This document shows, one piece after another, positions 34,594 to 46,278 of a stretch of 64,000 bases of DNA. Numbering within the stretch: position 1 is the stretch's first letter; each line of letters begins with the position of its first letter. The notes beneath the pieces are model-generated. The model was given only the letters and a program-made list of their open reading frames with translations, did no database searches and was not told the DNA's origin. Source of the DNA: an uncultured Nitrososphaerales archaeon (GTDB lineage: Archaea > Thermoproteota > Nitrososphaeria > Nitrososphaerales > Nitrososphaeraceae). The stretch lies in assembly GCA_963713605.1 (NCBI GenBank), contig CAVQMO010000010.1, forward strand, positions 96,001 through 160,000, read 5' to 3'. Position numbers and translations under genes: made by a program.

Positions 34594-34698
34594 GTTTCCC
34601 ATTTAGATTTTATTAATGAGCAAGCAAATGAGAGCTATTGTGGATTTGAGATATTAGCATGGATGATGTGGTTATGATTAGGCTAGTGATATCACATA

Positions 34699-35517
34699 TT
34701 GACGAGGAATGGTAAAGTAAACGTGTCTATTAGACCATCAAAGTTTCAACTAAAATTGTTAGAGATAACGTCACATCCAGGTACTGATATAATGTCATTT
34801 AAACTAGGCCGTAATGATATTCAACAGGCGAATCATTATTTGGATTATAAACCTGGACAGTATGCCGCTATGGATCTTGAAACTAAGGAGGATGCAGAGG
34901 GACCTGTGCGGTCCTTTACGATTGCTTCATCTCCGACGGAGGAGGAATTCATCTTGATTAGTACAAGGATAAGGGATACGCCGTTCAAAAAGAAGCTTGC
35001 AAATTTAGAAATTGGGACTCCAATTAAGATTACAGCTCCAGTAGGGCGCTTCGTACTACCTGAGGACGACAATTCTAAATGTGTTGTATTTTTGTCCGGT
35101 AGTATAGGAGTTACTCCGTTTAGAAGTATGGTAAAATATGCGACGGACAATCGCTTACCAATAAGAATTGTAATGTTTGATTCGAACAGAAATGAGGAAA
35201 ATATCCTTTATAGAACAGATTTTGATCAATGTGTAAGAGCAAATAACAATCTAAAGATCATCTATACAATAGCGGGTGAAGGACAGGAAGAATCTTCTTC
35301 AAACATTGCTACGGCGGCAGGAGATGATTGGAAAGGCGAAATTGGTTTCATAAATAGGGAAATGCTATTTAAATATGTGACCAGCAATGAATTTGAGGAT
35401 TCAATATTCTTCATTTGTGGACCGCCTAGTATGCTAAAAGCGATGCAAAGGTTGTTACAAGATGATTTACGAATTCCAGATGAAAGAATAAAGATTGAAG
35501 AGTTTACTGGGTACTAG
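34699..35517 (+). CDS. FAD/NAD(P)-binding oxidoreductase (ferredoxin-NADP reductase family)
   Basis: KPGQY, RSFTIASSP, GSIGVTPF, ICGPP, EEFTGY. Confidence 0.9.
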   Translation: MTRNGKVNVSIRPSKFQLKLLEITSHPGTDIMSFKLGRNDIQQANHYLDYKPGQYAAMDLETKEDAEGPVRSFTIASSPTEEEFILISTRIRDTPFKKKLANLEIGTPIKITAPVGRFVLPEDDNSKCVVFLSGSIGVTPFRSMVKYATDNRLPIRIVMFDSNRNEENILYRTDFDQCVRANNNLKIIYTIAGEGQEESSSNIATAAGDDWKGEIGFINREMLFKYVTSNEFEDSIFFICGPPSMLKAMQRLLQDDLRIPDERIKIEEFTGY

Positions 35518-35794
35518 CATATTATACTAGCATACTATTTGCTCCTTTTTCAAATGACCGCTGTTTGCGGTGAGTTAAGTCAAATCTTGGTTTACACTTG
35601 TAAGTTTTTATAGTGCCATTTTTGGATATATGCCAGTATTGCATAAAATACTAATGTTGTGAAATACCCTGAAACGACCACAATAATAAGGGCTTTGATT
35701 CGACTCATTTTTAGTCAAATGTATCTACCACATTTCTTATTGTTTTGAACATGTTCGCAAACAACTTCTAAATGTTGAGGGAGGTTTTCGATAT

Positions 35795-36692
35795 TTATTT
35801 ATTCAAGAACGTAGACATCATTTTCTGTCTGTCTTCATGAGCAAAACATAAAGCCCATCCATAAATCTCTAACCGTAACCCTGTATCTAGATCTGTGTCC
35901 AGTGCCTTGTTAATCAGCGTCTTGCTTACCTTAATAGCTGTAAAGCCATTCTTTGTAATTTCCTTGGCAAGGGTAATACACTCATTTATCAATTTTCTAT
36001 TGAGAATCTTTGCTATTTCAGCTGCACGTTCCTTCCCTTTCTTGGGATCTGACTTATCATCTACTTCTGGAGGTAATTGATCTTCATCACCCAAGCTTAC
36101 TACTTTGTTAACCAAGCCAATTTCATATGCCTCTTGTGCAGAAATCATCTTTCCAGTAAAGATTAGTTCTTTAGCCTTCGCCGGTCCCACCAATCTTACT
36201 AGACGCTGAGTACCTCCCCAACCTGGTGGTATGCCTATTCGTACTTCCGTCTGACCAAGCTTTGCATTGCTTGAGGCAATGATAAAATCACATGCCATTG
36301 CCAATTCACACCCTCCCCCTAAAGCGAACCCGTTGACAGCCGCTATGACAGGTTTGTCAAGTTGTTCAATTCTGTTAAGTAGTGAGTGCACTCGTGAGGC
36401 ATAATTTTGAGCTTCGATAGGACTAATATTGACTACATAGGTAACATCAGCACCTGCACAAAATGATCTCTCGCCAGAACCCGTAACAATAACAATTTTT
36501 ATATCATCATCTGCTGCCTCCAATAGAGAAAGCACTCTCCAATTCCTTCATGGTTTCTCTATTCAATGCATTTAGTACCTCTGGTCTATGAATTCTAAAA
36601 ATCACAATACTTTGTTCCTTTTGTATAGTGATGTATCTCAAGTGCTGATCCGCATCTCTATCTCTTCCTTCATCCAGTCCAAAGCTAGTCAT
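35795..36692 (-). CDS. Enoyl-CoA hydratase/crotonase family protein, 5' frameshift
   Basis: RPEVLNAL in ORF 36507..36692; FCAGAD, ALGGGCELA, GQTE, PGWGGTQRL. Confidence 0.88.
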
Positions 36693-37115
36693 ATTATGAT
36701 AGGTTACCGTGGTAATTCTTTATCATAATATTTAATTGTTGTACAAGCAAGACAACAAATAGAATCGTTTGAAATTAGTTTTGGTATTGAGGTAAGATTC
36801 GCTGCATTCCATAATAATCCCAACTATGAACTTATGATGAGCTCCATTTGACAATAGTAAAATCCATCGCCATTTGGAGATGGATCAAGTCAATAAAATT
36901 GTCAATAAACAAGAGCTTACTAGACATACGCCGACACATGCCTATCATTCCTTTTAATTGTATCATGTAATCCAGAGGATTGTGCCCGACGACGGATAAC
37001 CCAGAGCCGTTTTCAAATTTTATACAATATCTTCTAGATCGAGAGAGTCAGGCATACAGCATATGCCGATCAATTGAAGACATGTCTGACAGGAAATGGA
37101 TAAGTCTTTTTCAGA

Positions 37116-37136
37116 GCGCAAAGCTAAGCTTTGCGC
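37116..37136. repeat. Perfect inverted repeat
   Basis: GCGCAAAGCT-A-AGCTTTGCGC. Confidence 0.7.
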
Positions 37137-37728
37137 CTCACTATTCTTGAAGGTGCATTATTCATCTGTAATAGTATTACTGGAAGAAATTATACATGAA
37201 CAAGTAGCTACAGTGCAGCGAAAGTACTTTGGAGTTGTCAGATCTAGTTGATATGATTTCTGTGTGGTAGGCGTACGAATGGAGGCATTTGGAGCAGAAG
37301 CGCTGGGAATACAATCATTAGCTGTGTGGACTGTATTATATATATGTGGTACTGCATTTCATAAGCAGTAACAATAATTATTCAAAAAACCAGAATGTGG
37401 AAACTATATTTAGACAAAAGAAACCGTCCGCCCTTGGATAGTCCAGGATCAGTTTAACGGTCACCTGTAATTTTTGACTGTTGCCAGCCATAAGATGCGC
37501 CAAATGATCACGTATGAAAAACCAAAAAGAACACATGTAAATAAACCCTTTGTTATGAAAGTGACTTATAAAGAGTAATTATATAGAATGTACAAGTTCT
37601 CATTACGCCAGGTTGATCTCCCACGATTTCAGAATATCTGATCAAACTCGGGCCATAATTATAACTAAATTCTCAGAACATGTTAAATTACATAAAAGGT
37701 TAAAGGTTCTGCTACGTAGCCATACTCT

Positions 37729-39129
37729 ATGGATAATAATGGAATATATAGCGAGATCAAAAATTTTGCATTGGCGACCGATCTTTATCAAATAATAATG
37801 GCTGCAGCGTATTATTCAAGTCCCTATCATAGAAAAAGGAAAACTATAGGGATTTTTGAAATGTTTCTAAGGAAACTGCCGAAGAACAGATCTTTTATAG
37901 TAGTTGCAGGAGTTGAGCAAGTAGTACAGTATGTCTTGAATTTACGTTATGATGACAACCAAATTGCATACTTACAATCTTTAGAAGTGTTTAAGGATGT
38001 AAATAAGGGATTTTTTGTTTATCTGCGACGATTCAAGTTTAGCGGATCATTATGGTCGGTACCCGAAGGTACAGTATTATTTCCCAATGAACCAATCATG
38101 AGGATAGAAGCTCCGATCATTGAAGCACAGCTATTGGAAACTTGCATTTTATCGATAATTAATTTTCAGAGTTTGATTGCCACTAAAGCAGCTAGAATTG
38201 TATCAACAGCTAGCCACAAACCAATTGTAGAATTTGGCTCAAGAAGAGCACATGGACCACAAGCGGGCGTTCTTGCAGCTAGAGGGGCATTCATCGGTGG
38301 CTGTGTTGGAACTTCCAATACACTTGCTGGAAAGGCCTTTGGCATACCGGTATTTGGTACTATGGCTCATTCTTTTATTTTAAGTCATGAGAATGAACTT
38401 GATGCCCTTAGAGAATTCAACAATATGTTTCCGACTGGATTTCTACTTGTTGACACTTACGATACGTTGAACGCGGTCAATAGACTGCTAAGAGCAGGAA
38501 TTAGACCTTATGGCGTCCGACTTGATAGTGGAGATCTCTGCATGCTCAGTATAGAGACAAGAAGATTACTAGACGATGCAGGATGTAAAGACACAAAAAT
38601 TATGGTTAGCGGAGACCTAAACGAGCATTCCATTTCTAAACTCCTAGCGAATGGCGCTCCGATAGATTGTTTTGGAGTTGGCACGGAGCTGAGCACCTCC
38701 CGGGATAGTCCTACAATGAATGGTATATACAAATTGGTTGGAGTTAAGGTCCGCAATCCTGACAACAATAGTGGTAAATACGAAATATTGTACAAATCAA
38801 AGACTAGCGTGGACAAAGAAACATACCCAGGACCTAAGCAGGTAGCTAGATTCATTAAAGATAATGTTTTAGAAAAGGATTGCTTAATCTTAGAGAACGA
38901 AAAGCCCCCTGACAAATGTATTTTGTTACTAAAAAAGTATCTGGAGGATGGTAACAAAATAATTGAAATGCCGTCGATATCTGAGATACAGAATTACTCT
39001 TCGAAACAACTAGAACTCCTTCCAACAGCCTTGAAATCCCTGGATGAAAAACCAGTTTTATTTCCTGTTGTGCTAAGCCAAATACTAGAGTCACTAGGTT
39101 ATCCACGTGATCCATCAACTTTCAGCTAA
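37729..39129 (+). CDS. pncB: Nicotinate phosphoribosyltransferase
   Basis: TDLYQ, EFGSRRAHG, GTSN, GTMAHS, LVDTYD, VRLDSGD, FGVGT, YKLV. Confidence 0.95.
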   Translation: MDNNGIYSEIKNFALATDLYQIIMAAAYYSSPYHRKRKTIGIFEMFLRKLPKNRSFIVVAGVEQVVQYVLNLRYDDNQIAYLQSLEVFKDVNKGFFVYLRRFKFSGSLWSVPEGTVLFPNEPIMRIEAPIIEAQLLETCILSIINFQSLIATKAARIVSTASHKPIVEFGSRRAHGPQAGVLAARGAFIGGCVGTSNTLAGKAFGIPVFGTMAHSFILSHENELDALREFNNMFPTGFLLVDTYDTLNAVNRLLRAGIRPYGVRLDSGDLCMLSIETRRLLDDAGCKDTKIMVSGDLNEHSISKLLANGAPIDCFGVGTELSTSRDSPTMNGIYKLVGVKVRNPDNNSGKYEILYKSKTSVDKETYPGPKQVARFIKDNVLEKDCLILENEKPPDKCILLLKKYLEDGNKIIEMPSISEIQNYSSKQLELLPTALKSLDEKPVLFPVVLSQILESLGYPRDPSTFS

Positions 39130-39148
39130 TTACATAAGCTTATGTAAT
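39129..39148. repeat. Perfect 20-bp palindrome at the pncB stop
   Basis: ATTACATAAGCTTATGTAAT is its own reverse complement. Confidence 0.75.
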
Positions 39149-39520
39149 GTAGAAAAAAACTATGTGTAGTGACCTTGATTTATTTCTCGATCGGTCTTAA
39201 TAGACGACTAAAGTACACATAGATACAACCTTTTTATTTCTGCTAATGGAGTTATTGCAACCTCAGGTACCATTTTCATCTATCATGACTTTCAGATTCT
39301 TATTATATCTTTCTTGCAAACTAGGGAGTAGATAGTTTTGATAGAAGAGAGATTCTACCCCCAATAACGAATATGAAAAACTTCCCTATGTATGCTAAAT
39401 ATAAGGAGCGGATTTGAGTGAGTGAGAGGAATTTCGGCACTCTCAAGAGACACAGGAACTAGAGGAGGGTAAACTTCTACTGGAACCTATATATGTAGTA
39501 GGACTAAACCGTCAATGTCA

Positions 39521-39718
39521 TTAGGATAACAAAAAGATTGACCTTCTTTCGGGTACTTTCACTCCAACAATTGCGTCCTTACAACTTGGGCAAATCTGAT
39601 AGTAAACGTATATTTGTTTATTGTCCTTGTTCAGGCCTATTGGGAAGTTCCACATTTGAGGGTGAAAACTGATCTTACAACTTGGACATTTCATGGAAGT
39701 ACATATAGCAAATCGCAT
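39521..39718 (-). CDS. Small zinc-ribbon protein (possibly truncated)
   Basis: MKCPSC...ICPSC. Confidence 0.5.
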   Translation of the reverse strand: MRFAICTSMKCPSCKISFHPQMWNFPIGLNKDNKQIYVYYQICPSCKDAIVGVKVPERRSIFLLS

Positions 39719-39776
39719 ATATAATATATGAAGCGCCTATAGTGGCAGTGGCAGTTTAGTTAATAACCAGACAGAA

Positions 39777-40411
39777 GATAGACGACCATTATAGAATAGT
39801 GCCAATAGATATATGGCCGTCTACCCTGGATTTTGCTATCGGTTTGTATTATCGTTATTCAAAACTAAAAGTCTTTTGGTATAATAAAAAGGTAGGACGA
39901 CCATACTTATTGAGACAAGAACATGGCCGCGCTATCTTCGGATATTGCTTTCAGACGGTATAGAATATAATGACCATTCGGGGTAAAAGTTTTTTGGTAT
40001 AATAAAAAGGTAGAACAACCGAGGTTGACCCGATATCTGATTGCCTACCCTTTGCGCGACATATTATAAAAAACAGACAATTAGAAAAGGTAGCGCGCGG
40101 CCGAGAATTTGTCCAATTGAAAGGAAAGGACTGGCCGCCACTACCAAACCATGCCGATTTACGATATGCTCACATTTCATATTATATTATTATATAATAG
40201 GCATTATGGAACTTAGTTACTTGGTCTTCTAAATTTGGAAAATCTGATAAAGTAGACGACCAATAACCGACATGTCAGACGCATTGATCGCCTACTGCCA
40301 GTTGGTTCTTTAAGAGTGATTTAAAGGCCTCAACTGCCCGACAGAGGTATTAAACTACATAATATAAAAAAGATCTAAGGAACCGACCTGCAAAAAAGGT
40401 GGGTTCATCTT
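39777..40411 (-). repeat. Array of about six related hairpin units (putative structured ncRNA array), copy B
   Basis: Inverted repeats at 39777-39825, 39889-39938, 40006-40053, 40089-40145, 40251-40296 and about 40380-40406; the first five share GRTAG/CTAYC-type stem ends; spacer aaaagtYttttggtataataaaaa occurs twice. Confidence 0.75.
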
Positions 40412-40424
40412 GACTGTCACCCAA

Positions 40425-41382
40425 CTATTGGGTGACCAACTGTGCTGGAAGGTTCTCGACTACATAATGCAGATCAGCAGTTTCTCCGGGAGCAACATCA
40501 CAAAGGAATACGAATCCCCCAGTATTGGCGTCTGCTACCTGGCAACCTTGACCTTGGTTAGTAGGGAATACACGCGCAGTTACATAAGTGGTATCTCTAC
40601 CACTGACGGCTGGTTCTGATATTTGAAAGGATACATCCACTCCATCAGGATCCCATCCTACTGCATGTCCGACAGCATCGTCAAACACAGTGACTCTCTT
40701 CATAAAACTCTTGGCCGGTTTTGTAGAGGTTATACTCTTATCTGCAATAGCATTAACGCCTACCTGTTTCATTGTATAAGCCGTAGATTGTGTAGGACCA
40801 TCAATAATAGTATTAGCGGCATTTCTAGTTGTAACTGTTACCTTGTAGTTTGCACTGGGATTTAATGGATTATTGATATTGGAGAATTCTAGCCTTATCT
40901 TTGTACTAGCATGTATATTCACGGCATTAGTAACAGTATATGTGAGCGTTTGACCAGATTTGCTAACTGTACCTACACCTATTCCCTGGGCTTCATTGAA
41001 ACTAGCACTGGAAGGTACCGTGGTGCCTGCTGGAAGAGTTACCTGTATTTTTTTTATCGCACCTGAAGATGCTGTTAGAAATACAACATCATAGAAGGAA
41101 TTAGTATTAACAATGTTATTGGTAGGTCTTGCTGTAACAGAAGAAAGTGCTCCTTGGGTGGTGAAATCCCCCTCTTTTCCATCTTGACCTATTGTTGAAG
41201 GTGCAGACGGAATTGTATTAATGGTAGGAAGGGGTTCTACTGAAGCCGTCGTTGCCAATGCTGAATTAATAATGATGATAGGCGAAGATACAGATCATAA
41301 GTGCAGTAATCAATAGTAACCCAAGTCCTGGCCCTGAGTTAGCCAGTTGCTCGGACAATTTTCCTGACGAGAACAGTTTCAT
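40425..41382 (-). CDS. Secreted/surface Thr-rich beta-strand protein (leader frameshifted)
   Basis: ORF 40425..41258; upstream MKLFSSG...LGLLLITALM leader lies in another frame. Confidence 0.65.
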
Positions 41383-42032
41383 CACGTGCTACGGGTTAAA
41401 TTTGGCTAATTCAACTTATCTACGGTTAGAAGACTGACTTGCTTGTACCTTCAATAGAGTCAAGAAATTGACTAAACCGTGTCTGTTTTAACAATATCGC
41501 ATTTCATACCATATTTCTGTAGACGAGCTGTTAGCATTATCATAACGCTTAGTACTGCTCTACACTAGGTTTAAGTTAATAAGATTTATGATAATACAGT
41601 TTATGTAAGAAGGTAATAAAGTTCCTATTTTCATGGGAAACAAGATAGTCGTTGATTAAGACATGGCTACATTTAACTTGTAACATTAAGTATAAGCAAG
41701 TTTACAAAGATAGAGACACTACAAACTTCGATCCTTTTCCCCCTCAAAAATACCATTACGATCTAGGTTTACTGAAGGCAATGCTCGATAACCACTTGGA
41801 AATTACAACGTATTTAATAATGATAAGTCGAACATACATATACATCCTTAGAGCATGTGATAATAATACCTTCAGTTATCCCTTTTTATTGTTATAGAAT
41901 ATAATCCGTGAAAAACTCTTATCACACTTTGCCGCGTCTCTGTCTTGCTCGATGGATTAAGCAAGGGATGCTCAATTGATTGTGCCGATGCAGCTATGAC
42001 CCTAGGACACTACAACTGCTTCAGCTGAACAG

Positions 42033-43211
42033 CTACCACAATCTAAAGATTCTATGATGAGGATGATCTCTCAGATCAAGAACTATCTGAAGAGCACATA
42101 TAAATGCCAAAATAAGCATCAGAGTGACTGGAAATAACTCCAGATTTAGAATTGCTATAGAAATTATAATAATACCCGAGACAATCCTATATGTTGCCCA
42201 TTTTCTCCTTGTCTTGGGTTTATTATCCGAATCTTCAACTGCTACAAGATGAAGAAGAGCTTGAACGAACAGGCAGCTTGATACCGAACCGCAAATAAGC
42301 CAAAGGTCTGAAGATGGTAAGGACATTTCTTGGTTACTTGAGGCTACTTGTTTTATACCAATTCCAATCGCAGTGATCCCAACTACCAATGGGAAGTGGA
42401 TGTACAGCCAAATATAGTATATACTTCTTTTACCTTTTTCAGTAGCCGCCCTTATAGCAGAGCCACTTATATTATCGAAGTATATCCACCACAGACTGAA
42501 TGGAATACTTAGTCCTAAACCAACCGACAATGATGAATAAATGTTCCATTCATGACCTGCAAGACCCACAACTATTCCTAAAATTGATTCCCCTAGTACA
42601 ATAATAACAAAAAGTCCCATCCGTTCTGGTAAATGAGATACATGAGGTGCAAACTTGATGGCTAATTGTCCAAGCAAAAATGGTGTTACGAAATCAATAG
42701 TCAAGCCCACTCCCCATAAGATGAATCGTAGGGGCGCTGGTACAAATGCTGATACTGTCCAGATTGCGGCCGATATTGCAAAACCAATCGAGTACCTTTT
42801 TGTCAATGGCCTAGTAGAAGGAATGCGATTCCCAACGCGGATATACTCAATAACTAGAAGGAATCTAATTGCAGCATAAGAGAGAGCAAAACCAGCTGAA
42901 GTTTCACCAAGTCCATGAGTAACATTTACTGCCATAGCAGCTGCCCCCATCATCTGAAGCAAAGTCAGTACTCTATGCGCTAGGTCGTCAGAGCCAAATC
43001 TCGTAGCAAAAAAAGCAGCCCCAACCCATGCAAACCATACAGGAATGAAAAGAGCGATAAAGCTTAGTAAACCTGCCAAAGAAATATCGTGACTTAGGTT
43101 TTCTGATAATTGGGAGACTACTGCTACAAAGACTAAATCATAGAATAGCTCAAGCCAAGTAGCATGGCGTTCCTTTCCTTCTTTCCTTTCTTCTCTATTA
43201 GATTTATTCAT
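42033..43211 (-). CDS. ltrA: Low temperature requirement protein A family membrane protein
   Basis: ATWLELFYDLVFV, HLPERMGLFVIIVLGES, LWWIYFD, WLYIHFP. Confidence 0.92.
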   Translation of the reverse strand: MNKSNREERKEGKERHATWLELFYDLVFVAVVSQLSENLSHDISLAGLLSFIALFIPVWFAWVGAAFFATRFGSDDLAHRVLTLLQMMGAAAMAVNVTHGLGETSAGFALSYAAIRFLLVIEYIRVGNRIPSTRPLTKRYSIGFAISAAIWTVSAFVPAPLRFILWGVGLTIDFVTPFLLGQLAIKFAPHVSHLPERMGLFVIIVLGESILGIVVGLAGHEWNIYSSLSVGLGLSIPFSLWWIYFDNISGSAIRAATEKGKRSIYYIWLYIHFPLVVGITAIGIGIKQVASSNQEMSLPSSDLWLICGSVSSCLFVQALLHLVAVEDSDNKPKTRRKWATYRIVSGIIIISIAILNLELFPVTLMLILAFICALQIVLDLRDHPHHRIFRLW

Positions 43212-43305
43212 TTAGTGAATATTTAAAATCTATTTTTGAAAGATCCGAACCATAATTGCTTCTGGAACAGAAAGAAAATGCGATTTATGCAATGTGAATA
43301 TTGGA

Positions 43306-43662
43306 TTACGACAAAGGCACTTCAACTATTGTATCAAACTTTGAGTAGTATTTTTTGACATCGTTTGGTCCATACTTGAACCTAAAAGTATCTACAATTT
43401 GTTTAACTTTATTCGAATCAGTAATTGGTCTTGCATTGGCAGATATTTTCGTATTATCTACGGAAATCTTTATAGCAGGGTTTTTGAGTACGTTCTTGTA
43501 CCAGTTCGTTTCAGATCCATTCAGTGGCATTAGATACAACATATTGGATTTATATACAAACCATACTGGCCTTTCGATGCTCGCCCCTGAGCTTCTACCG
43601 ATGACAGAAAGTTCAATCTCACTGGACCTGTCTAAGGCTTCCTTAAATGCAGATGTTGACAT
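43306..43662 (-). CDS. Deazaflavin (F420)-dependent nitroreductase-like / split-barrel protein
   Basis: LSVIGRSSG..RPVWFV, NWYKNVLKNP, FRFKYG. Confidence 0.75.
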   Translation of the reverse strand: MSTSAFKEALDRSSEIELSVIGRSSGASIERPVWFVYKSNMLYLMPLNGSETNWYKNVLKNPAIKISVDNTKISANARPITDSNKVKQIVDTFRFKYGPNDVKKYYSKFDTIVEVPLS

Positions 43663-44171
43663 TGAATTATTATGTGATTTATGCTACTTATTTTTTTGCC
43701 ACGAATCAGGAGTAATGTCTTGTTTGGTAGGTGTTAAATAGCGTCATAAGGTTGAAGTCCATATTGTTCAAATTGTCCCGGGACGAGAATCTGATAACTT
43801 ATTCCTGAACCTAATATACAACTTGCATGTAACCGATCCGAGCATTGTGAAGAATGGAAGTAAAGCAAGTATAAGCTACACATGTGAAAATATGTATTCA
43901 TTCCTGACCTATTTCCTCCTAAATAACTTTCAACTTCTTGAACTCTCTTTCTTTGCGATGGAGTATTATACATAGAACCCTAGAGAGAGCAAGTTATTAA
44001 TCAAAACAGATATCTGCATTTGTGGGCTGCATCGATGTCTAGAGTATGAAACATGTTACCAAATTTTCTCCCGGTACTTGAGATTTTCTATCACATGAAT
44101 AGGGAATTAGGCCGCTATCACAAACAAACTGAAAATGGTCAATCCCTCATTTATTTGGAATTCTCATTTCT

Positions 44172-45500
44172 TTAGTGCGTCCGTTCTGGTTCCTTGCATT
44201 TCTGATTAAAAGAATTGCAAATGCAATTGATGATACTGCGATCAAGGGGAGCAGTCAAAAAGGTTAGATCATATGATTCTGGAGATGGGAATGAGGCCGA
44301 AATATTATTTGATTCAGATTCTATAACTACCTGGTTTGCTTGCATAAACGTTCCAGCGATTACCGGTCCCACAGAGGACCCTATAAGATATATTAGTAGA
44401 TTCATCCCCAATGACACTCCACTGAATTGCTTTGGGGTTGACGTCAGCACGACATTCACTGAACCGATCTGCATCAAGGCTAATCCAATAGCCACCAAGA
44501 TAAGCACAGTCAGCTATTGAGGCTTCTGTGGAATGAAACATAAAAAGGATGAAAAAACCTACTGAAGTAATAATGGTTCCTATTGTAGTAGGTTTAAGAT
44601 TTCCAAATTTAGATACTATAAAACCAGATGCTACAGAGAATATCAATGACACTATCATATATGGCAGTTGAACTTGTGCAATACTTGATGCATCTCCTCC
44701 AAACCCTGCTGGCGGTGGACTTCGTATTAAAATAGGTAGGGTCACGCAGTGAGCCCCACAATCATATTAATTATGTTTGCAGAAAGTATGCTCTTATTTT
44801 TAAGTAGCTTGAAATCAATCAATGGAAAAGGTGTTTTCTTTTCTGTTTTTACAAACAGAATTAGAGAGATAACCGATACGCTTGAAAATACGATAATTTG
44901 TATTAAATTGTTTGATGAGGCATGATTTTCAAAAAGTTGAAGCGTGACAAGAAACAGGACTATTGTAACCGATAACGTTAGTGCTCCTTTTATGTCTAGA
45001 CTCTTGCTTGGTATTGTGTCTTCGTTATTAATAACTGCAACAGTATATGCGTTAGTATTCTCTGATAGTAGTATATCTTTTCGGACATGGGTAAATGTAC
45101 AACAAAATTCGGAGCCCTTATTTGAAACCAACTGTTGTCGTTCTATTTCCTTTACGTGTACAAATTTTGAGATTACTGCAAAGAGTATTGCAGCAACTGG
45201 CAGCATGAATAAGAATATTGCACGCCATCCGTAGCTCTCAACGATTCCTCCACCTATTATCAGGCCTATCACAGCACCACCAGATAAGGTGGAGCTAAAT
45301 ATGCCCTGACCTATTGCCAGCTTCTCCGGGGGAAATTTATCTCTTATGATGCTAAAAGTTATAGGAAATATCGATATGCCAATTCCGAACATCACCCTGG
45401 CAGCAACAAGGGTAAGAAAATTGGTTGATAGAGCTCCTACCAAAAGGCCTAATATAAAAATCCCCAAAATGATCAGCAGTATCTTCTTTTTACCAAGCAA
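44172..45500 (-). pseudogene. MFS transporter (DHA2-like), fragmented and lacking the N-terminus
   Basis: GKKKILL, ARVMFGIG, GWRAIF, LDIKGA, PLIDF, GSSVGPVIAG across three ORFs. Confidence 0.8.
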
Positions 45501-45813
45501 TTAATTATTAATATTGTCGTGAATTATACTATACTACAAAGTACTTATGAGGCAGCCGCAACAAGTGCCAACTGAAATAGACATGCATTGGAACGCCAAT
45601 TTACTTATCCATAATTCTAACCATTATATAGGAACATCTATGTTTGATCACTGATTGTGGTATCGGATCAGCCAAATCTATGGATATGGATTTATGGATA
45701 TAAAAATCGGATGTCTATTTGCTTCAACTTACTAAGTAATTCACATAGGACTAACTTTGCAGTTGGTTACTACTATATTTAATTACTTTGGGATATAGTA
45801 TATAAAATGAAAT

Positions 45814-46278
45814 ATGACTTTGGGAAAAGAGGTTGATGTTGGGAATAGAGAACGGCAAGATGGGCGACAATTTCTTGAAGTTGGAAAGGTAGACGAAGTA
45901 CCCACTGGAAAGATGAAGCATGTTGAAGTACTAGGTAAGGAGATTGTAATTTTGAATATAGATGGTAAATTCTATGCTATGGATGATAGATGTGCGCATA
46001 TGAATGCACGACTTTCAATGGGTAATGTTTCCAATGATGGCATTGTAACATGTCCTTTTCATGGAGCAAGATTCGATGCTACTACAGGAAAAAAGGTAAA
46101 GGAGCCCGTTCTATCGCCTTCACAACAGATGGAACAGCTGCCAAAAACATGGCAAAATTATCTGGAACACGCAGGCCAATTAATGTCTTATATCAAGACA
46201 TATGATCAACAAATATATGAGATCCGGTTAGAAGGCGACAGGATAAGAATCAGGAAGAACGGCATTGTCACAAGTTGA
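45814..46278 (+). CDS. Rieske [2Fe-2S] domain protein with C-terminal insertion
   Basis: CAHM...CPFHG. Confidence 0.88.
   Translation: MTLGKEVDVGNRERQDGRQFLEVGKVDEVPTGKMKHVEVLGKEIVILNIDGKFYAMDDRCAHMNARLSMGNVSNDGIVTCPFHGARFDATTGKKVKEPVLSPSQQMEQLPKTWQNYLEHAGQLMSYIKTYDQQIYEIRLEGDRIRIRKNGIVTS

Noticed and set aside
37400..37728. NAD-related riboswitch upstream of pncB
   Set aside because: Only weak short stems are visible and no recognisable consensus.
11536..40340. DGR template/variable repeat pair, or att sites flanking a 28-kb island
   Set aside because: Differences are not adenine-specific and include indels, neither copy lies in a credible ORF, and no reverse transcriptase or integrase is present; a third partial copy favours a dispersed family.
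39777..40411. CRISPR array
   Set aside because: Repeats are degenerate inverted pairs rather than identical direct repeats, spacing is irregular after unit 3, and no cas genes are visible.
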